Positions 28,279 to 37,769 of a stretch of 64,000 bases of DNA are shown piece after piece. Every line of letters begins with the position of its first letter. Position 1 is the first letter of the stretch. The stretch lies in the IMG/VR virus record IMGVR_UViG_3300032132_000748. One strand, written 5' to 3'. The notes below the pieces were generated by a model, which ran no database searches, had not been told where the DNA came from, and was given only the letters and a program-made list of their open reading frames with translations. Both the position numbers and the translations under genes were made by a program. The stretch comes from a virus (Duplodnaviria > Caudoviricetes).

Positions 28279-30164
28279 AGATTCCTATAAATACTAGAAT
28301 TTACAAAGCTGTCTAAGAAATACTCTTTAGTTAGCTTTTCTTTGATGCTACTTGATTCTAGATACTTATGTGCAGAATAAATTAGATCATTATTGTCTGC
28401 CTTGGCTCCCGCCTCTTCCAAGCTGTTAAAATACAGAGGGTAGTCTTCCCCCAAATATTCAACTACAGGGTCCAGACGATTCACCAACACCGGGGTATTT
28501 CTGACAATACACTCTATTATGGCATTATTAGCGCTACTATCTATCAGATCCAAGAAAACTACATTCTGTGATAATAGCTGATCATAATCATCATTAGGTT
28601 GAAAAGGAAGCTCCATTACACATGAAAGATCCGTTCCCGTAGGGATCTTTAAATGCGTAGTCATTAGATGTTGCCAAGGGTTGTTCGTATTAAGCGTGGC
28701 TCGTATAAGCTTGGTAGTTATCTGATGTAACGAAAAAGGTCTTCTAAGCCACCAACCTACTTGAACTAGTTTTTTATCCTTATTCGCAAGATATCTATCA
28801 AAATCAAATTTTACTTCGGGTTCTTCTGTTGGATGAAAAAGAGAGACGACTGGAAGATTCGGGTATATTTTTTTAAGATCTTTTTTATGATATTCTGACA
28901 AAGTGAATAGCCCTTTACAGTGACCTATACTAGCCTGCCAATCTTTTTGAGAAAATATTTGTTGGTTACTACTTTTTCCATCTCCAAACCAATCTGGCAT
29001 GTTGGGAGGATTGTGTATGAAACCTACCCAGGGTCCTCTAAAAGGAATCTTACCTGAGGATGACATAAACTCTCTGTTCCAAGAAAAACTGCTCTCAATA
29101 AATCCGTCAAGTAACACCCCTTCTCTGGAGTGTAAGCAATTAAACGCTCCCGTGGCGTAGCCCCATCCGGACCTATGATTGTTACTGGACCATTGAGGAC
29201 CAATGTGTATTTTTCCTGGGTAGCCCCTATCTCCGCCAAAAATAGCGTCCCTATCTAAGCATCCTAGGAGGTCTTCTAGGCACTCAAAGACTACATTAAT
29301 CCCTTTCCCTTTATTAAACTTACGATGTTTCGTATCAATAGGGACCAAATTAGCAAGAAACTCTCCTTTTGTGAAGTCGCCGGTAAGACAAACTTCTACT
29401 TCCTCACCTTGTATCATACTTATTACACTTATAGTAGCCCGTAACTGTCTTGAAGGGGGTCTCCTTTTCATTTCGCTTAAATAATCTTTACTTACTTTAA
29501 CTATGTTTCCCACTCGAATCAAAGGTCCATGTTTTGCCTCTAGAGCAGAATCTACACAAAGAGCATTATAGAAACAATTAATTTTATCTATAAATACAAC
29601 TTTTTGTCCGTGTTGTTTGAAGATATCTTGTATGAAAAGACCATCCGCAGCATAATTATGGAGGCTCCATCTTCTTGGCCCTATCTGATAATTAGAAACA
29701 ACATATTGTGCGGAATCTATAGATCCCGGCTTAGTAAATTTAGCCCCTATATTTCTTCTTTGATCTTCCGAATCTAGCTGACTACATATGATGGATTTAT
29801 CATATTTGTGATCTTTGAATACCTTGTTTACCATAGGTAGGCAGTTATGATGTAGTAAGTTATCATCGTCTAAAAAGTAGACAAAACCTTCCGTTATTTG
29901 ATCTAAAGCATGATTTCTCTGGGCATTACCTACAATACTTTTCTTGTTAGCTATAAGATCAGTAATTATGTTTATATAGGCTTTGTAAGGTTGCAAACTC
30001 TCTACCGTAAGTTCATAGATTTCGGCCTCTACTACTGAGCCATCAAACATGATGTACCAATCAACATCAAAAGGGAGTCCGTTACTGTGATTTTTAATAG
30101 ACTTAGCTACTGCGCTAAGGTTATCGGGGCGGCTGCATGGAGTTACAATACTCAAGCGAATCAT
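28275..30164 (-). CDS. Multidomain glycosyltransferase: GT2 domain, shared ~90-aa domain, second GT-like domain
   Basis: IVTPCSR, YFLDDDN, ADG; C-terminal HRSGW..LIDSSANNAIIEC..EYLGEDYPL. Confidence 0.8.
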   Translation of the reverse strand: MIRLSIVTPCSRPDNLSAVAKSIKNHSNGLPFDVDWYIMFDGSVVEAEIYELTVESLQPYKAYINIITDLIANKKSIVGNAQRNHALDQITEGFVYFLDDDNLLHHNCLPMVNKVFKDHKYDKSIICSQLDSEDQRRNIGAKFTKPGSIDSAQYVVSNYQIGPRRWSLHNYAADGLFIQDIFKQHGQKVVFIDKINCFYNALCVDSALEAKHGPLIRVGNIVKVSKDYLSEMKRRPPSRQLRATISVISMIQGEEVEVCLTGDFTKGEFLANLVPIDTKHRKFNKGKGINVVFECLEDLLGCLDRDAIFGGDRGYPGKIHIGPQWSSNNHRSGWGYATGAFNCLHSREGVLLDGFIESSFSWNREFMSSSGKIPFRGPWVGFIHNPPNMPDWFGDGKSSNQQIFSQKDWQASIGHCKGLFTLSEYHKKDLKKIYPNLPVVSLFHPTEEPEVKFDFDRYLANKDKKLVQVGWWLRRPFSLHQITTKLIRATLNTNNPWQHLMTTHLKIPTGTDLSCVMELPFQPNDDYDQLLSQNVVFLDLIDSSANNAIIECIVRNTPVLVNRLDPVVEYLGEDYPLYFNSLEEAGAKADNNDLIYSAHKYLESSSIKEKLTKEYFLDSFVNSSIYRNL

Positions 30165-30247
30165 TCATTCAGTATAGCACCTCATTCACATCCCGTAAAG
30201 TCAAGACTATTTGGGGAAGCAGTAGACTCATGATAGAATTAGTAGTA

Positions 30248-30628
30248 ATGACCTTTGCACCGCGAAAATTTACTACCAAATCCGGCAAATCTATTCTGGT
30301 AGGCCGAAATAGCCGAGAAAACAACTACCTAACCTTGAAGATAGCTAAGCCGGAGGATCTTTTCTTTCACGCTACGGATTTTGCAGGCTCTCACGTTATC
30401 CTACAACTAGACAAAGATGAGTTTGTTAGCAGAGTTGATCTAGAAGAAGCTGCTCTATATGCGGCTTATTACTCCAAAGGAAAGGGTAAAAAACAAGTGA
30501 AAGTTGACTACACATATAAGAAATATGTAACTAAACCGAGGAAAGCTCCTGCGGGTTTGGTTGAGATAGAGAAATTTAAAACGATAAAAGTAACTAAAGA
30601 ACAGATGTCTACGCTGGTGTTGGGGTAG
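30248..30628 (+). CDS. NFACT-R (DUF814) RNA-binding domain protein
   Basis: VGRNSRENNYLT, DLFFH..GSHV, AAYYSK, VDYT..VTKP..PAGLV; probable start 30248. Confidence 0.85.
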   Translation: MTFAPRKFTTKSGKSILVGRNSRENNYLTLKIAKPEDLFFHATDFAGSHVILQLDKDEFVSRVDLEEAALYAAYYSKGKGKKQVKVDYTYKKYVTKPRKAPAGLVEIEKFKTIKVTKEQMSTLVLG

Positions 30629-30634
30629 CTTTAC

Positions 30635-30669
30635 AAAAAAATAGGGTAGCCCCGAAAGACTACCCTATT
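30635..30669 (-). terminator. Intrinsic terminator of dnaK
   Basis: AATAGGGTAG/CTACCCTATT hairpin with T-run on minus strand. Confidence 0.75.
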
Positions 30670-30697
30670 CCCGAAAGGAGGCCCTATGGGCCTTGTT

Positions 30698-32596
30698 TTA
30701 TTCTTCGCTTTCTTCACTAACTACGTCGGCTTCAATGACGTCATCATCAGCAACTGTCTCTTCAGTGGTTTCTGATTCGGAATTTGCTTGCTCAGCGTTT
30801 GCATACAGCTCTTGGGCAATTTCATGTTGTAGCGTCATTAATGAGTTACAAGCGTCTTCAATTGCTTCCATCGAATCCCCATCTCGTGCTTCCTTAAGCC
30901 GTTCTAGTAAAGATTTAATCTCTTCATCACGGCCCAGTAGTTGCTCAGGGGCTTCTTCGATTTGCTGTTCAACAGTATCAATTACTTGATCAGCCTTGTT
31001 TTTTGACTCAACAAAAGCAACGCGCTGTGCATCTTCTTCTGCATATTGCTCAGCTTCTTCCTTCATTCTCTTGATGTCGTCGTCTGAGAACCCAGTATTG
31101 GCTTCGATTGTAATGTGCTGCTCTCGTCCCGTTCCTAGATCCTTAGCTGATACATTTAAGATACCATCAGGGTTAATATCAAAAGCCACTTCAATCTTTG
31201 GGATCCCTTTAGGGGCAGGCGGAATTTGGTCCAACCGGAACACACCAAGAAGTCTGTTATCCTCTGCCATCTTTCTCTCACCCTGATAAACTTTAACATC
31301 TACGGCTGTTTGATTGTGACTAAAGGTAGTGAAGGTCTCTTTTTTGCCAGAAGGGATAGTGGTATTTCTGTCAATCATTACTGTCATGACACCACCTGCG
31401 GTTTCAACACCTAACGATAGGGGAGTTACATCCAATAAGAGCATATCAGTTTTATCTCCAGATAAAACTGCGCCCTGGACTGCAGCACCCATAGCAACGA
31501 CTTCGTCCGGGTTAACGGACTTATTTAGGTCCTTGCCACCAAAAAACTCCTTAACAGCATCTTGGACAGCAGGAATTCGCGTTGATCCACCGACCATGAT
31601 AATTTCGTCGATATCGGTGATGCTATACTTTGCATCCTTTAAGGCTTTCTCTAGTGGAATTTTAGTTCTGTCAATCAAGCTCTTAGTTAGAGAATCAAAT
31701 TTGGCTCTCGTAACATCGACTTCCAGGTGTAGTGGGTGTCCTCCATCTCCTTGAGTGACAAAAGGCAGGTTTACCTTAGTTGACTTTGAGTTGGATAACT
31801 CACATTTTGCTTTTTCGCAAGCTTCCTTAAGTCTTTGGAGGGCTAACTTATCCTTTCGGAGATCTATTCCACCGGAAGATTTCTTAAACTCATCCGCAAC
31901 AAAATCAATAAGAACCTGGTCAAAGTTATCGCCGCCAAGATGTGTGTCACCGTTAGTTGACTTAACCTCAACAATTCCATCACCAACCTCTAGGACTGAA
32001 ACATCGAAAGTTCCTCCACCAAGGTCGAAGACAATAATTTTTTGATCAACAATTTTATCTAACCCATATGCAAGAGCAGCGGCAGTCGGCTCATTGATAA
32101 TACGGCGAACAGTTAGTCCTGCGATTTCTCCCGCATCTTTTGTAGCTTGGCGCTGTGAGTCGTTGAAATAGGCAGGAACAGTAATAACTGCTTCTGTTAC
32201 TTCTGCCCCTAGGTGCTCCTCTGCGTAGCTCTTAAGGTATGCGAGGGTCATAGCAGAAATTTCTGGGGGGCTAAATTGTTTGTCTCGGATCTGAACCTTA
32301 ACAGGGCTTTTTCCGGTTCCTACTAATTTGTATGGAACTTGTTGTTCTTCTTCTGCGACCTCATCTCTACGACGACCCATGAAACGTTTAATTGAGTAAA
32401 CGGTATTTTCAGGATTGGTAACTGCCTGGTTTCTGGCTCGTTGTCCAACCAGACGCTCACCATCCTCTTTAAAACCAACTACTGAAGGAGTAGTTCTCGC
32501 ACCCGAAGTATTTTCAATTATTTTGACTTCGCTGCCTTCCATGACGGAAACTACGGAGTTCGTAGTTCCCAAATCTATTCCAATTATTTTACCCAT
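30698..32596 (-). CDS. dnaK: Hsp70 chaperone DnaK
   Basis: [44 protein letters not shown]; ATG 32596 after GAGG. Confidence 0.97.
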   Translation of the reverse strand: MGKIIGIDLGTTNSVVSVMEGSEVKIIENTSGARTTPSVVGFKEDGERLVGQRARNQAVTNPENTVYSIKRFMGRRRDEVAEEEQQVPYKLVGTGKSPVKVQIRDKQFSPPEISAMTLAYLKSYAEEHLGAEVTEAVITVPAYFNDSQRQATKDAGEIAGLTVRRIINEPTAAALAYGLDKIVDQKIIVFDLGGGTFDVSVLEVGDGIVEVKSTNGDTHLGGDNFDQVLIDFVADEFKKSSGGIDLRKDKLALQRLKEACEKAKCELSNSKSTKVNLPFVTQGDGGHPLHLEVDVTRAKFDSLTKSLIDRTKIPLEKALKDAKYSITDIDEIIMVGGSTRIPAVQDAVKEFFGGKDLNKSVNPDEVVAMGAAVQGAVLSGDKTDMLLLDVTPLSLGVETAGGVMTVMIDRNTTIPSGKKETFTTFSHNQTAVDVKVYQGERKMAEDNRLLGVFRLDQIPPAPKGIPKIEVAFDINPDGILNVSAKDLGTGREQHITIEANTGFSDDDIKRMKEEAEQYAEEDAQRVAFVESKNKADQVIDTVEQQIEEAPEQLLGRDEEIKSLLERLKEARDGDSMEAIEDACNSLMTLQHEIAQELYANAEQANSESETTEETVADDDVIEADVVSEESEE

Positions 32597-32668
32597 AGTT
32601 ATCCTCAAACGGTTTAGTTACTTATAAAATAGGCGATTAGTAGTATTGGCGCAAGCTTTAGACATCAA

Positions 32669-33412
32669 TTAAATAAGTTCTTTGCTCTTCAAAACTCTCA
32701 TTATTTTAGCCACACTTTCTTTGACCGTCTCTTCGTCCGTCCTGCAGATAAGATCCGGTGTTTCGGGTTTCTCATAGGGATCGTCTACCCCCGTGAAACC
32801 TTTAATCTCTCCCGCATAAGCTTTTGCATACATACCTTTAACATCACGTTTTGCACAAACTTCAACTGGTGCATCTACAAAGACTTCAATATGATTATTA
32901 ACACAACTCTTAACGAAAGCTCTTGCCTTTCTGTATGGTGATACAAAGGAGCATATAGTAATAGCTTTTTGGGATAAATATGAAGATATTCTAGTTATTC
33001 TTTGAATATTTTCATTCCTGTCTTCTGCGGTGAACCCAAGGCTCCAGTTAGGTAGCTTTCTAACCACATCTCCGTCTAAATACTCAACTCGTTTAAGTTG
33101 TTTCTCTAGCTGACTCTTAAGCTCTACCGCAATAGTGGTCTTACCAGAACATGGTAAACCTGTAAGCCATACTGTACAGCCTTCTTTTTCCTCTAGATTT
33201 CTTCCAAATTTTATTTTCTTCCAAACTGATTCATGGAAGTAATAAACGATAGATTTAAATACACCATCACCTAACGCGGCTAAGGATAATAATCCTACGG
33301 CTATGGCTGCCTCTTTAGTTACTATCATAAGAGTAATTAAAGTAATAAAAACAGCAATGACTCTCCAAGATACTGTTTTGGCGATGGTTCTAGTTTCTGT
33401 GTCTTTTATCAT
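32669..33412 (-). CDS. cysC: Adenylyl-sulfate kinase fused to N-terminal DUF2061-like membrane domain
   Basis: WLTGLPCSGKTT, LDGDVVR, RDVKGMY, FTGVDDPYE; N-terminal KTVSWRV..YYFHESVW. Confidence 0.9.
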   Translation of the reverse strand: MIKDTETRTIAKTVSWRVIAVFITLITLMIVTKEAAIAVGLLSLAALGDGVFKSIVYYFHESVWKKIKFGRNLEEKEGCTVWLTGLPCSGKTTIAVELKSQLEKQLKRVEYLDGDVVRKLPNWSLGFTAEDRNENIQRITRISSYLSQKAITICSFVSPYRKARAFVKSCVNNHIEVFVDAPVEVCAKRDVKGMYAKAYAGEIKGFTGVDDPYEKPETPDLICRTDEETVKESVAKIMRVLKSKELI

Positions 33413-33832
33413 TTATTTACCTGAAAATTTTTCTTCCAATTGTTTTTCAACGCCGGGCATAACTACATCACGCCATCCGTCCTCTCCTGCTCGAATTTGA
33501 CGGCGTATTTCTGTAGCACTTATTCTTTTAATATGCTCTGGAGCAGCGCCCTCGTGACATACAACAGCATATCCAACACCTCTTCCATAGTTTATGGAAG
33601 CTATGTCTGGGATAATCTGAAGAGCCACAAGTCCTGCATCGATCTCATCTTTAAAGGCCGCCCCCAGCATAGATTCGACCTCTGCTGCAGTGAAGGGGTT
33701 ATTTTCATCAGTAGGTACGTCCCGTATCATAATCAACACTGGTTCGTCTTTATCCAGGTGCTGATCAATAATAAATCTGTGGCCTTTGTGGGGACTCTGC
33801 CATCTCCCGATATACGCGTTATACTTTGTCAT
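33413..33832 (-). CDS. HxGH nucleotidyltransferase (cytidylyltransferase-like)
   Basis: GRWQSPHKGH, NPF, YGRGVGY, ISATEIR. Confidence 0.85.
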   Translation of the reverse strand: MTKYNAYIGRWQSPHKGHRFIIDQHLDKDEPVLIMIRDVPTDENNPFTAAEVESMLGAAFKDEIDAGLVALQIIPDIASINYGRGVGYAVVCHEGAAPEHIKRISATEIRRQIRAGEDGWRDVVMPGVEKQLEEKFSGK

Positions 33833-33904
33833 AATTCCTCCCTACTAGTGTAAAATAGAAAATTTAGATTCACAGGTCTAAACACAAATTGTTATAATTA
33901 GGCT

Positions 33905-34384
33905 ATGAGTTACGAGAAATTAGAGCAGCAGGGAAGGGGCAGCCGAGAAGCTGTAAAATTCTTGCCTAAAAATATGCAAGATGACTTGGTTTCCCGTCAA
34001 GGTGAAACTGAAGTAGAAAAATACCCGATGGAATCCGTCAGTCCTTCAACAGAATCTAACTGGAAAGAAGGAGCTAAACTAAAGAAAAAGGCTATCCACT
34101 CTACTGATCTAACACATCAGGACTTAATGTCTCGTCTAAGATCAGCTCAAATAACTGCTGTTCAGGGTGACATAACAAGTGAATTTGGAGACGCAGCCAC
34201 TAACGCAATCTACGCTAAAGCAGGTGTTGCTGCTATAAGCTCATTGATAACAGGAAAGCCTCCTGCCCAACAAGAACAAGAACGCCAACAACAAGCTGAA
34301 GCTAAGAAAAAACAAGTTCCCATGATGCTTATCGGTGGCGGTCTTATTTTAGTTTTACTTTCTTATATACTATTTATTAAGTAA
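33905..34384 (+). CDS. Tail-anchored membrane protein
   Basis: EFGD, Q-rich linker, C-terminal TM; leaderless-type promoter. Confidence 0.7.
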   Translation: MSYEKLEQQGRGSREAVKFLPKNMQDDLVSRQGETEVEKYPMESVSPSTESNWKEGAKLKKKAIHSTDLTHQDLMSRLRSAQITAVQGDITSEFGDAATNAIYAKAGVAAISSLITGKPPAQQEQERQQQAEAKKKQVPMMLIGGGLILVLLSYILFIK

Positions 34385-34441
34385 ACCACCATTGCTACTT
34401 AAACTCTAAATGATACCCTCTATTCTTCGGAGGGTATTTTT

Positions 34442-35191
34442 ATGGCCTATCGCACTTTGGAACAAGAAAACTCATTCGCTAGATCGGGAGATTTTGCAGT
34501 AGGTGACGGGACGGCGTCTTTGTATTACGACACGGCATCTTCACACGCCGCAGGAGCAATAACTATTAGTGGTGGTTGTGGGGCTGGTAGTGGTTCTGGT
34601 GGGGCAGTCTCTATAACTGCAGGCCAGTCAAGCTACTCAAGCTACTCTCGCGGAGCAAGAGCAATCACGCCCCTTACGCGGCTCTATCAACCTATTTACG
34701 ATAAGCAGGAAGTTTCTTCTGAAAGTTGGGCGCGATCCAATGTAAGAAAAATTGAGTTCTTTCAAAATCCAGTAATTAAGTCTTGGAAAGAAGAGGTTCA
34801 GGTTCGTGGTTCGAACGGACGATTTGCAAATAAAAAGATTCTTTCTCATCCCCAGCAAAGAACTTATGCAGATACTAATATGGAACATTCTGGTTATTTG
34901 GATCAAAGTTACAGAGTGACTGGCCTAGGCTTAATGACCCCCTCTTCTGCCAAAAAAGCTAATGTTTTGGATTTTGCTGAAAAATCATTTCTGTGTTTTG
35001 GTGTAGCAGGAAAAGAATACCTTCGACTTCCGGTTGTTATGCTCTTATCGGAAGCTGGCCCAGCTTACACCTTTGTAGACGCTATAGATATAAACCCTTC
35101 GGAACAATTTCAAGTGTACATAGAATCGAAGGGACTTAACTTATCAAGCCCCTTCGATATTCGATGCGTTTTAAGCGGTTACTACGATTAG
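34442..35191 (+). CDS. Diverged paralog of the putative major capsid protein with Gly/Ser-rich N-terminal extension
   Basis: QPIYD, FFQNP, TNMEHSG, GKEYL, IDINPSEQF, LSGYY match QPLYD, FFQVP, TNMDQGG, TKDYL, IDLIPQQNF, LDGFF. Confidence 0.7.
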   Translation: MAYRTLEQENSFARSGDFAVGDGTASLYYDTASSHAAGAITISGGCGAGSGSGGAVSITAGQSSYSSYSRGARAITPLTRLYQPIYDKQEVSSESWARSNVRKIEFFQNPVIKSWKEEVQVRGSNGRFANKKILSHPQQRTYADTNMEHSGYLDQSYRVTGLGLMTPSSAKKANVLDFAEKSFLCFGVAGKEYLRLPVVMLLSEAGPAYTFVDAIDINPSEQFQVYIESKGLNLSSPFDIRCVLSGYYD

Positions 35192-37059
35192 AACTCGTAG
35201 CCGATAACGTCAGCAGAGAATATACCTGTATTTCCAGCCATTCCAGTAACACCAAGTGTTAGGGTGGCACCTGCAGTTCCTACAACAGCTTTAGCACTTG
35301 AACTGAAGGTCCATAGATCATCTGCTGCTGTGACTCCTGTTGTTACTGTAGGAGCAAACACGTTACTTGTAGGTGCTGCACCGAATCCGGCAGCCGCAGT
35401 TGTGGCTGTTGTAATACCATCTGCGGTTGTTAGACGCAAGACAACTTCTGTAATTACTGCACTGGTTCCGCCAGGAACGTTATAGAGGAATATTTGAGTA
35501 GCTCCTAGGACTGCGTCGATATCGTCAACAGTTGCTAGGACTCCAACACCACCGGCAGCACCGATTCCTGTTACTCCTTGATCACCAGTAATACCAGTTG
35601 CTCCAGTTGCGGCTGGCGCACCCAGAATACCTGTTAATCCTTGGATACCAGTATCACCGTCAACGCCAGTTGTACCACTCATTCCAGTAATACCTTCGAA
35701 TCCAGTATTACCTTGGACACCGGTATCACCCATCATTCCGCCAGGACCTTGAATACCTGTCGCGCCAAGAATGGCAACTCCAGTATCACCTTGTTCGCCT
35801 TGAATACCCGTATCACCAACTACGCCGGTGACGCCGTCAGCACCAAGACCTGTATCACCTTGGACACCCGCACCAGTATTACCAGTTAATCCTAGGATAC
35901 CTGTATCACCTTGGGTTCCAACAACACCTGTGTCACCTTGAACGCCAACACCTGTATCACCAGTTAATCCGATAATACCTGTATCTCCTTGTGTTCCTTG
36001 TAGCCCCGCAACACCAGTATCACCTTGAATACCAACAACACCAGTATCACCTTGTGTTCCTTGTAGCCCTGCAACACCAGTATCTCCCTGAGCGCCTACA
36101 ACGCCGGTATCGCCTTGTGTTCCTTGAATGCCTTGAAGTCCAGTTACGCCTTGGGTTCCTACGCCTGTATCACCAGTCACACCGATAATACCAGTATCAC
36201 CAACTAAACCAGTAATACCTTGAGAGCCGGGAGCACCTGATGAACCTGGGGTTCCTTCAAGACCAGTTGTTCCTTCGAGACCAGTAACACCTTGACCACC
36301 GTCTACGCCGGTGCAACCTTTAATACCCGTATCACCTTGAGGGCCAGCTAATCCGGTTGTTCCTTGTGAACCGCCACCGCCGCCACTACCAAAAGGTTGG
36401 TTACCGCTAACGCTAATAGATCCACTTGTTCCTGTGGACTCAACAAGTCCTACAGGAACACTTACTGAACCGGCACTGCTGGTGGGATTAATCATACCAG
36501 GGGTGTCTGATAGGAAAGCTGTCTCACCAATGGTCATTGTTCCTACGTCAATTACAACAGATCCGCTGATAACACAGCTACCACACTCACCATCGTCTAG
36601 AGCTTCTTCGAGGATTCCAAAAGCTAACGCAGTAGGGGAGGCCGCAGCGCTGGCTAGATCGACAGTGGCGAGCTGTTGTGCTGTGTCATAGCCGGTGTTA
36701 TAGACAACACTACCTTTAGGTAGTGTGCTTCCAGTGCTGTTTAAGACTTTAATGCATTTATAGTCGCAAAGGAAGGCGTTTGATAGTTCGAATGAGTTAT
36801 TTAACTCTTCGTCAGTATCAAAATATACAATTGTTCCTCGTCCGGTTTTGTACCCCGGAACGGTTGTATCCGCAGGGAGGATTTTAATATAACTTAAATT
36901 TCCTATAGCTCCTACTGCGGTTACTGTTCCAGTCCCTGATCCTAAAGAACCGAGACTCGCGGCAGCGACTTTTCCAGTCCTACCTTGTTGTTTAAGCGTA
37001 ATACCTACGTATGAAGATACTACTCTCACTACATCGTTTACTGAAAAGTTTATGGCCAT
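35188..37059 (-). CDS. Collagen-like fibre protein (shared N-module, ~270-aa interrupted Gly-X-Y, C-terminal beta domain)
   Basis: GDT/GVT/GxQ triplets at about 35560-36363; C-terminal LYNVPGGTSAVITEV..VIGYEF. Confidence 0.9.
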   Translation of the reverse strand: MAINFSVNDVVRVVSSYVGITLKQQGRTGKVAAASLGSLGSGTGTVTAVGAIGNLSYIKILPADTTVPGYKTGRGTIVYFDTDEELNNSFELSNAFLCDYKCIKVLNSTGSTLPKGSVVYNTGYDTAQQLATVDLASAAASPTALAFGILEEALDDGECGSCVISGSVVIDVGTMTIGETAFLSDTPGMINPTSSAGSVSVPVGLVESTGTSGSISVSGNQPFGSGGGGGSQGTTGLAGPQGDTGIKGCTGVDGGQGVTGLEGTTGLEGTPGSSGAPGSQGITGLVGDTGIIGVTGDTGVGTQGVTGLQGIQGTQGDTGVVGAQGDTGVAGLQGTQGDTGVVGIQGDTGVAGLQGTQGDTGIIGLTGDTGVGVQGDTGVVGTQGDTGILGLTGNTGAGVQGDTGLGADGVTGVVGDTGIQGEQGDTGVAILGATGIQGPGGMMGDTGVQGNTGFEGITGMSGTTGVDGDTGIQGLTGILGAPAATGATGITGDQGVTGIGAAGGVGVLATVDDIDAVLGATQIFLYNVPGGTSAVITEVVLRLTTADGITTATTAAAGFGAAPTSNVFAPTVTTGVTAADDLWTFSSSAKAVVGTAGATLTLGVTGMAGNTGIFSADVIGYEF

Positions 37060-37151
37060 CTAAAGATCCTCTTTTCCCATTATACAAAATAACGGACCTC
37101 TTATACTATTTTTATACTTGTATTGATGGCTTTTTAAGGCACTCTAGTAAG

Positions 37152-37769
37152 GTGTCCGATAAAAAACCGTGGTTCATCAAGAGATGGTTACTTCAAGGGA
37201 TAGCAGTTGCCCTACCCGTCGTCATAACTGCTATTATTCTATACTATTCAGTTATATATGCTGATGCTTTTCTTTGGTTTTGTTGGGATTTGCTCCCCTG
37301 GGACTTACTTCCTTGGGAAGTGTCTAAGCCCTATTTTCCTGGTGTTGGTTTACTGGTAGTAACCAGCGGATTAATTGTCCTCGGATTTTTAACCGAATCT
37401 TGGCTTATCAATAAGGGTATAAATATATTTAACAATATCATGTCCAGACTGCCATTTATTAGAAATATCTACTCTACCGCATTAAAGGTTGTGCAAAGCA
37501 CAGTAGGAAACATGGACAACTTTTCTAGTGTAGTTCTTATAGAATTTCCGATGAAGGGTGTGTATTCCGTGGCTTTTAAAACTAGCGATAGTTCACAAGT
37601 GGTTAAGAACGCCACAGGGAAAAATTTAGTCAATATTTTTCTTCCTACAACACCCAGCCCGGCAAGCGGCTTCTATTTAATGATCCCAGAAGAGCAAATT
37701 ATTGAAACAGATATTACTACAGAAGAAGCTTTTAAGCTGATAATATCTGCAGGAATTGTTCAAAAATAA
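37152..37769 (+). CDS. DUF502 (COV1-like) membrane protein
   Basis: LPVVIT, RLPFIRNIY, VLIEFP, FLPTTPSPASGF, AFKLIISAG; probable GTG start. Confidence 0.85.
   Translation: MSDKKPWFIKRWLLQGIAVALPVVITAIILYYSVIYADAFLWFCWDLLPWDLLPWEVSKPYFPGVGLLVVTSGLIVLGFLTESWLINKGINIFNNIMSRLPFIRNIYSTALKVVQSTVGNMDNFSSVVLIEFPMKGVYSVAFKTSDSSQVVKNATGKNLVNIFLPTTPSPASGFYLMIPEEQIIETDITTEEAFKLIISAGIVQK

Noticed and set aside
37011-37151. Long N-terminal extensions from the ORF track (37011, 30137, 11356, 38687, 8974, 23310)
   Set aside because: They overlap neighbouring genes or promoters; downstream starts fit domain boundaries and RBS/-10 positions better.
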